DNA of 60,622 nt, filler included, from Circinaria calcarea (taxonomy: Eukaryota), in the NCBI GenBank assembly GCA_051942165.1. It is 3 parts of 3 records of this genome, joined end to end, with 100 filler letters (N's around TTAATTAATTAA, not from the genome) between each part and the next. Parts side by side here need not be neighbours in the genome. Positions count along the whole stretch, not along the records: positions 40,577 to 60,622 come from JAVECS010000185.1; 2 more parts are not named here. The stretch is one strand, 5' to 3'. A program made the position numbers and the translations under genes. The notes under the pieces were generated by a model. It did not search any database. It was not told where the DNA came from and saw only the letters and a program-made list of their open reading frames with translations. Shown piece by piece: positions 52,342 to 60,622 of this stretch; within the stretch, counting starts at the first letter, position 1; every line of letters starts with the position of its first letter.

Positions 52342-53158
52342 ATGGCATCCTCGCGAGGCGAGGCAGTGAACTTAGCGCATCAGATACCCAGGACGCTGCA
52401 GGCACCCATAGTGGTACAGATAGGAGTATAGAAACCCCTATATCAATTACGATGGTTGAATTTAACGGTACCAGGATAGTGGATCTATCTGCAAATTATG
52501 CGGCATCGAGTGGTTTTCAGAACAAAAGCTTCAAAGGCAGACCGGCATCTTTCAAACTCAAAATGCTATTCTAAACGACAGTCTGTACCGCGCCGGCCAT
52601 GCGAACCAGCTACAGGAAATCCGCCTCAGAGACTGCGACCGTCATATTCAAGAACTTTCCCAGGCCAAAAATGTATCAGATCAGGCAATCTTAAGTCTCC
52701 AGGAAGAATTGCAAACTCAACAGATAAAGATTGAGTCTGAAACGAGGGAACACGTTCTCGCCGCTCAAGCACTGAACCATGAATTCAAGTGTCATGCAAA
52801 GACAGAGAATGACCGGGACCATGAACGTGCTATGGCCTGGAAGATGGCCGAGATCCTGAACACTCTTTCTTCAAATAATGGGAACTTGAGCGCTGCTTTG
52901 CCAAATGAAGTGGGCCTTGGTACCATGCTCCATGAATGGGAGAACATGAAACACGAACGAACAAATATCCTAGAACAATTGCAGCACCAAATCAAAAAGC
53001 TGCAGCACAACCAGCAGATCCATGAACATTTATCGGAGGATTCTGAGGGCAAGTCTGAGAGCACATGCTCTTATAGTGGCGAGGATGTCGAGATCATATC
53101 AGCTGTGATACTGCCACCGGTGGGGGAAAGGCAAGGGAAGAGAAGAAGGAATCAATAG
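52342..53158 (+). CDS. Hypothetical coiled-coil protein, 2 exons
   Basis: MASSRGEAVNLAHQIPRTLQAPIV, intron, then DSGSICKLCGIEWF (CxxC) and heptad-rich helices continuing into ORF 52709-53158; ends in a basic NLS-like KRRRNQ. Confidence 0.6.
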
Positions 53159-53257
53159 ATAGGGCTGGAGGTATCTTTTGAATCACTAGTTTAAAGCTCA
53201 TTGAAGGGCCCATTTCAGTTAGAAAGGTGTTATTGCGTGTAAAATTCAATATAGTCA

Positions 53258-55827
53258 TTATAATTCTTCACTTTCTTCCCTTTCTTCTCTTAGCCGTCCA
53301 GTTTCAAATCGCTCAATAAGACTTTGCACTTTTGCTGCCGGCGGAACCTTGAGTACGGCTTTGAGACGTTTTGTCTTAGCGTCTTCGATAATTGAAGCGA
53401 GAGGAGTTAACTTGAGTCTTTTTCCAGGACCTTGAGCTAAGTATCGTGACTGATATACTTCAGGTTGTGACTCTTGTGATTTACGTGAGCGCTTTAACGC
53501 AATGAGCATAGAGGATGCGTTCCGTGAATCAGCGTGTCGCACATGAAAAGCGCCGTTTATAAATGGTGACAATACTGTAAAAGTAAATTTCTGCCGATTT
53601 CCACCTCGGAGTACCCGCGAAGCTTCTGCAAGGGACACAACTTGATCTTGAGATGGCGTTTGACCGAGGTCTGGTGCTTCGACATCGTCAGGTGCGTCTT
53701 CGTGTGCCATGCGCTTCTGGAGAGGCAATACTGGAGAGTCGGGCAGTGGTGGAAACGTTTGACTGAAGTCTGAAAGTCCAATATGGTCGTGGACATCTTC
53801 ATATATCGTAACGTCCTGAGGAGGCGATGTTGGGGGGTCTGGTATTTCAACATCATTAGGAGCGTCTTCGCGTGTCGTATTTTCTTGAGGCGATTTTGGG
53901 GAGTCCGGTAATGGCGGCAACTGTGGTGATATTGAAGTGAAGTCTGGCGATTCAACATTATCGGGAACGTCTTCGTCCATAAGATCGGACCCAGGATTGG
54001 AACTCGGCCCTTCTTCCATCGTGCCGAAGAAGCTATAAAAGAAATCTCGCTTCACATTGAACGAGGTCAGGTAACGTTTTGGAGTAATGCTGGATGAATT
54101 TGGATATATGTGATTGAGGAAAAGATACTGCCGATCAGCCAGGAAAGATTTCTCGAACGGAATGCCACATCGACTAGAGATATCCGACCCGCAATCATCG
54201 TGATCAGAGGTTAATTCCGGGAACTTCATGGCTGATGTATTTTGTCTAATGCCTTGAAGAACCGCACAAATGGCCTGAACCTTATGATGCAGGTCTACAG
54301 GTTCAATCCGATAAAAATCCGGAGGCCGAGCCTCGCGCAGAAAATCCTCGGCCATTTCGGCATCAACATTCTGGAGATTTGGATAAGGTTGACATATTCG
54401 CTGGAAGCCGGTCTCGGACGCAAGAGAAGCGAGTTCATACCACCATCGTGGTTGTATTTTTGGGCGTTTAGGCATTGGCTTACGAGCATCCTTTCGAGGG
54501 GCCTGGCCGATCATCCAAGGAAATTGACGAAGAGCCAGGCACCAGAGCTGACGATATGCCTTCCACTGAGCCAGAGACCCAGATGATTGGATACTATTTT
54601 CAAATGAAAATTCCTGTTGTTGCAACTTCAGTCCAGGTTGCCCATTATGGAGAGATTCGAAGGCTTGAGCGATAGAATATTTACAGTTGAAGGGTAGTAT
54701 CACCTTCAAGATTCTGGCACCTACTTCGAGAACCTTTGAGCCTTCCAGGAAGGTGTGAATGGAGGGAATAATGTATTCGACCGAACATACACGCTCGAGG
54801 ATGGCTGAACGCTGTTCCCAAGATTTAATCGCAGGTAGGATGTCGCCCTTAAGCATTTGTGTCTCAACATATGTGCGATCTTCCAGAGACTTGCTTGGGC
54901 AGCGGCCTTGTAACAGATGAACAGTATAGGCGTCTGTTTGAAGATGGCAACCTTCGTTCCCTCCAATTATATAACTCCACGTTTGCTTGACTCGACGTAG
55001 GTATCGCGTCATTTCCTAATACAATTGTTAAAACAGAAGAAATATTATGCAAAGAGATAATATCCACCTCGGGGCAATGTATAGTAAGGAGCCGATGGAA
55101 CGTGCCGAGCTGCATCGCCGGCCAAAGCCCTGTGAACGGAATCAAGGCATCTAAACTATCTCTGAACTCGCGCATACTAGAGTCCTCCTCTGCCCTCTTC
55201 TCCAACCGTATAAGGTCGTCCCTCTTGCTTTTAGAAAGCCGTGCAAGCCATTTCCGTCTTCGAGGTTTGTTGCCTTGTAAGGTTGCAATGCGCATATGGC
55301 GAAAGATATCTCCGTCGTAAAATCTCTGCGAGTTCGAGCATTCCTCGCGAAATGAAGTTCTTCCTTGAAGATTGAGATCTAAGGCAGGTCAGGGACGGGT
55401 AAGAAGTTATTCAAGATGGGTTCTTACCATCAGCGTATAGATTAACAACCCACCACTTATCATTCGCAGCCAGGTATTTTTTCGCTGCTTCCAGTCGGTG
55501 TCTGCCATGCAGGTAGGTTAAAGGATGTTCTGGTGTAAAGAATTGAGGCTCCTGAAGAATAACGTCACTGATATTGCCGGCTCGAAAACCTTGCGGAAGA
55601 GCATTTCGAGAGATCAAAACAGGTACATAATGCTCCGGCTCCAACCGCACACAACCCTCCTCTTCAAAGACTTTTAATAACCTCGCGACGTTCTTGTCGT
55701 CGAACTGGCGTGGATTTTTGGGGATTGTCTCGTATTGCAATTTGTTAATAGGGACTTTAACTGATCCACAAAACGTTCGGCTTTTCTCTCGAAATACCTG
55801 TAAATCATCAGTTGATAGAGTCTCCAT
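53258..55827 (-). CDS. DUF3723 protein (Starship-associated), 3 exons
   Basis: Exons ~55827-55428, 55378-55068 and 55015-53258. Motifs NVARLLKVFEEEGCVRLEPEHYVPVLIS, LHGRHRLEAA, WWVVNLY, FYDGDIFRHMR, GLWPAMQLGTFHR, IIPSIHTFLE and YRQLWCLALRQFP are characteristic of fungal DUF3723 genes. Confidence 0.82.
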
Positions 55828-56014
55828 CTGTGATGTCAACAGCAACCGTACTGCTTTGAACGGGGCATCCACTTTAATACATGGGAAACCACCAAATCAG
55901 ACTCCCTGTCCCCAAACGCCAAAAATGGTTCGCAAAGGAACATCGTCTTTTGGATGAATTTCGCCGCGTACAAAACCAACGACGGTATCATTTTGACTTG
56001 AACATACATTAGCT

Positions 56015-58635
56015 ATGGCTTCTTGCCGACATCTCGCATGGTTACATGTGACGAGCACGAACCATGGAAAGGAAGTTATACTTTTCAACCCAGGCCGCAT
56101 GACACAAGTTGTGGGAGAGCTGACTAATTCAGAGACTCAACAACCATCTGTCCTCCTATTTATTGGTCGAAAAGCCAAGAAGATAGCGCTAGGAAAGCTT
56201 TTCCTGGAAAACAACATCCCGAAAGGTCACCATGATGGCTTTGCTACTTTACGAGTTGATAGCGCAAGTCTGTATTCCGGCTGTCCTGTTTTGTTTGCCG
56301 AAAGTGACCCGTTTACTGCAATACCATCTACGGCGAACACATTCTCCTGCCACGAAACCGAGCCATTTCGTCTCAAGTGGGCTAAAGCTATACCGGTGGA
56401 TGAACTCTACAATACTGTACATGCTCGGCTTCTCATTCCATTCGCTGACGTGCTGTGCATTTTTGCTGATGATTTTGTTGACTTTGAGAGTGTCCTGGAT
56501 CGTTTGGAGAGTTGGGCGGCTGCTGGCAGCGCCTCAAATCTGTCCGAGCATATGCGGCCAAGAGTTGTCATCGTCAAACGCGGCGAGGAAGCCAGTCCGA
56601 GTCCCACATATGATTTTCTCGAGATGCAGGATCTTCGATTCAGCCTAAATCGAAAAGTCTTAAAGAAATTTTACTCTTCCATTACTGTGTTGCATCTCGC
56701 AGACGAGCAGATATCCCCGCTGGCACGTTTTCGGCGGCTGAAAGAGTTACTCTGGAGGAACATGGATGAAATGCGACAAGTTCGGCAGAGAAATAGATGC
56801 CTCTATTCTGCCGTGCACCTTGCTGAATTCTTCCGTATGGCCGTAATGCATACGGCGACCTCTCTCCTTCGCCCTTTCAACTTCATTCTTGCAAGCCGAC
56901 AGAACAACGAAGTCCGCTCCGATCATACAGACCATTTGACTACATTCCTACGACTCGGGACCGAGTTCGGATTATCTTGGGATGCCATGACAGGCTTTAT
57001 TGCTTCCAGTATTTTGCTGGATGCGTACCCTCCAAGGATGCATAGTAAGACCTCTTGATTCGCATTCGATAGATCATAAGCTAATCGAATGACTAGGGTT
57101 CAACCCGAAGACTGTATATGAAACCATTTATTATCGCTCCTGCCTCAAGTCACTCGTCGACTTACACAAAGATCGATCCACTACCGATGAGCGGGCCGAG
57201 GAGCGGGCTAAGGAACAGGAAAAATGTGTAAAGAAGCACCTGATCAACACTTTCTTGGATATGATTCGGTTGGGCAAGACCGCCGCACAGCTGCATCGGG
57301 AGAAGGCGGGCAACCTTAACATACTGTGGCCGCAACTTAAAAGCAACAATACTTGCCTTTGGTGTTTACGGCGAAAGCCAGAAAATACGCTTTCCTGCGG
57401 ACACGCCATCTGTGATGTTTGCGTCCGCATTTACGGAGAGGAGATGCCTATCACAGAATCTCAATATCATATTGGCACTTGTCTTTTATGTCACTCTGGG
57501 AGCTGCACCGTTAGACTCAAACCGTTTTCTGCCGGTGAACGGATTCTCAGTATTGATGGTGGAGGTCCGCGTGGTGTTATACCGTTGGAAATTCTGAATA
57601 TTATCCAGGGCATCATGGGACCGGATGTTCGACTTCAAGACATGTTTGATGTTGCATTCGGCACCAGTGTTGGTAAATTTTGCCTCTAGTTCTTAAGAGG
57701 TGTCAAACTAATCATATGGTAGGAGGCCTTATTGTTTGCATGCTGTTCTTACGCGATGTGCCAGTCGCTCAATGTACTCGACTTTTTGATACGCTGGCCC
57801 GAAAACTCTTTCAACGACCCCAAGAGTCAAGAAACATCTTCAAACGTCTTCGCCTTTTCTTTAAAGGTTGGTATTTGGATGGTCATTATGATATAAGTGC
57901 CCTCGAAGATTATCTGAAGGAAAACTTGGGAAGTAGCGATCGAATGTTTGGTTATCAACAGGGTATTCTTGCTACCAAGGTGGAGTGGTCGCCGCTACAA
58001 TTGGCAAGGCCGATCCGATTATTTTCACCAACTACAATGGATCGGGTACAAGAAATGAAGATTGCGGTAAGTGCATACGCTATATATTTGGATGCAAGTA
58101 ACTGAAGGGTAAATTAGGGTATATGCATATTCGCCCGAAGAACATCGAAAATGAGCCATGTTTATGGGAAGCGTAAGTTCTTTATTTTCAGAGGAATATG
58201 TATAACTGACTGTATAGGGGTCGAGGTACTTCAGCTGCGCCTATGTGAGTGTAAGCCGGTAAATGTGCGGCTTGCCATAACTGACTCGAGATAGGTTATA
58301 CCAATCAACACTGATCAAGGCCTCTGGACCGGTTCAAGATGGTGGAATGAGCGGGCACAACAATCCCGTTAACATTGCATTGTGGGAAAGTCAACAGATC
58401 GATCCATCTGTACCCAAACCTGACATTATTGTATCTCTCGGCACAGGCACCGAAAGAATATCGGCATCCTCCAAAACCACTGAGTTTCGCCATGTGGTTC
58501 TTGACGGATATGTTCCTCGACTCTGGCGATCTTATATGTCTTCTTTTGACGGCCAAAAAATCTGGGACGAACTCATGAACCATGTGGATAAGAAAAATCA
58601 AGAAGACTATATACGATTAAATGTCTTCCTGCTTA
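56015..58635 (+). pseudogene. Patatin-like phospholipase (Starship PLP type) with RING-like Zn motif; frameshifted and 3'-truncated
   Basis: CLWC..SCGHAICDVC..CLLC, ILSIDGGGPRG, FGTSVG (GxSxG), TSAAP and QDGG..NNP. A 1-nt deletion near 57980 shifts TKV|GVVAATI..FTNYNG out of frame; family-like sequence stops after YIRLNVFL at ~58633. Confidence 0.78.
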
Positions 58636-58797
58636 AGAACCGAATCACATGTTTACGTGAGTGTTGCGGTCAATGCTCAACACCTCTCCCACTATATAAA
58701 AGCTTTTTCCATAGCGTAGCGTAGTTAGTGATCTACACCACACATAATAGCAATACATGCATACCACGAGATATGCTGCTTAACAACTTCGGCCTAT

Positions 58798-59886
58798 CGG
58801 GACGCGAAGAACTCCATCATCATTACATGGCAAATATCGTTCGATTATATCTATAAGATCAGACCGTCAGCTGCTGATTTGCTGTCGCTCATGAGCTTTT
58901 TCGATCGTCAAGGGATTCCAGAGGCTTTACTTCGAGATCGAGCCGAGCAGGGAAATAGCGAGCAAAATCAGGAAGAACACGATGGCGATGATGAACAGGA
59001 TCACGATAAGGATGATATATCAGAATGTAGCGATGAGTTTGAAGACGATATAGTGGCACTACGAAACTTCTCGTTCATCTCTATCAATGCAGATGGGAGC
59101 ACCTTTGAAATGCACAGCCTAGTGCAGCTAGCCACTCGAAAGTGGCTTGAGGTACATAGCCAGCTAGAACATTGGAAGCAGCAGTTTATTAGAAATCTTT
59201 GTGCAGAGTTTCCAACCGGGGAGTATGAAAATTGGATAAGATGTCAAGCACTGTTTCCACACGCAAAATCAGCAGCAGCGCAGCGGCCGGAAACACAAGA
59301 CTCATTACGAGACTGGGCTTCAATACTATACAAGGCAGCATGGTACGCGTGGAAGGTAGGGAATGCAGTAGAGGCGGAGAAGATGTCGATTCAGGCGATG
59401 AAAGTGAGAAAGAGGATCCTCGGTCGAGAGCATGAAGATACGCTGGATAGTATGGCAATGGTAGGTCTGGCGTATAAGCTAAAAGCCTTATGGGGAGCAG
59501 CTAAAGAGCTGGAGGTGCAAGTGATGGAGACTCGCAAGAACAAACTCGGAGCGGACCATCCTTCCACGCTGACCAGCATGGCCAACCTGGCGTCGACGCT
59601 TTGGAATCAAGGCCGATGGGATGCAGCTGAAGAGCTGGGCGTGCAAGTGATGGAGACGAGCAAGAACAAACTCGGAGCGGACCATCCAGACACGCTGACC
59701 AGCATAAACAATCTTGCATTTATGTGGAAGGCCGCTGGCAAAGGAACTGAATCTATAAAACTTATGGAGGAATGTGTACAATTACGGAAACGCGTCTTAG
59801 GAGTCAATCATCCATATACTTTATTATCCTGCACCACTTTAGCGAATTGGAAAGCCGAGCAAGAGGACGTTGGACTATCGGTTTAA
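58798..59886 (+). pseudogene. 5'-truncated NB-ARC-TPR (fungal NLR) fragment
   Basis: RDAKNSIIITWQISFDYI..AADLLSLMSFFDRQGIP, FEMHSLVQLATRKWL, then TPRs (LGADHPSTLTSMANLASTL). Two 126-bp near-identical repeats start at ~59497 and ~59623. No P-loop or start codon upstream. Confidence 0.8.
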
Positions 59887-60622
59887 AGGGCCGTGTGGCT
59901 GAGATGGATCGCTTAGTCAAATGTGCTGAATATAGTTGTAATTGAATATATTTGCCAAGCCTATAGCAAGTATAGGCTTGCAGAGCTCAAGAGAGGCTAC
60001 TCTGATGTACGAGGCACGATGACTCAGCAACAGGCACGTAACCTCGATCAACTACGATTTTGAACAAAACGATCATAACGTCCCTCCACACGTGCCGGAA
60101 AACCCGCCGTGCCGGAAAATCCGGCCGATGAAGAGGCTCGTTAAATTAAGCTATATGCTATGTAATATGGCTATTTCGGCATGCTTAGAGATACGTTTAC
60201 ATTGTCTTGTTTTTGCCCAGTTTGCTTCAGCTTTTTATTTTTTATAACATATGTCCTTGGCCTTGATTCCCCTATTATAAAATTGTCGGAGCTCATAACA
60301 CATGGCCAGAGGTCTTTCTAAATGTTAAGATTTAATCACGACAACAGGAAGCTTTCACCAACGGTATGCTTGCTATTGCATCCAAATTTATATCAAAATT
60401 ATTATATCGATCGGTACTTCTAGACCAAAGCTATTACCAATCTGGCTAGTGCAGAAACGCTCTACAAAGCCTCCCAAAATAACGGCTTCCATTACATGTA
60501 CACCCCTTTAACCTACACGTACACCCCAAAAATCATAGTTGTACACCCCCCGGATTAGGTAATAATCGTCGTCATGTTATATAGTGGCGCGTAGTATTAT
60601 TATAGATATTTGCAATGTAATA

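Larger units (their letters stand above)
45209..59886. mobile_element. Probable internal (cargo) portion of a Starship giant transposon; boundaries and captain not in window
   Basis: Co-location of DUF3723, a patatin-like phospholipase, an NLR fragment, orphans and pseudogenes, with no housekeeping genes. Confidence 0.6.

Overview
Intron-containing filamentous ascomycete (Pezizomycotina) DNA in three contigs joined by two artificial 100-nt spacers (N44-TTAATTAATTAA-N44 at 20219-20318 and 40477-40576), so adjacency across those points is unproven. Segment 1 (1-20218) is gene-dense core genome: a questin-oxidase-like gene, ATP4, NOC4, a Sel1-repeat gene, a membrane-anchored bZIP, a CCCH zinc-finger gene, TFG2, an F-box gene and CSN4. 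It ends in a solo LTR with a 5-bp TSD inside AT-rich decayed DNA. Segment 2 (20319-40476) is one giant gene, most likely the Woronin-body tether leashin (>6600 aa, 3' end lost in the gap). Segment 3 (40577-60622) is an accessory region with the gene set typical of Starship giant transposons: DUF3723, a patatin-like phospholipase and an NLR-type TPR fragment. It also holds a PD-(D/E)xK-like gene, a thaumatin-like secreted protein, a CSC1/OSCA pseudogene and orphans. No DUF3435 captain is visible in the window. The most intriguing signal is that the DUF3723 N-terminus aligns by eye with the ParB/Srx CTPase motif set, and about 1.1 kb beyond that gene's 3' end lies a 14-copy, ~17-bp-period CCCTACG array between two divergent coiled-coil genes. 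This suggests, as inference only, an iteron/parS-like cis-site plus ParB-like protein module on a mobile element. All family assignments come from motif recognition without database searches, and exon boundaries were read by hand.
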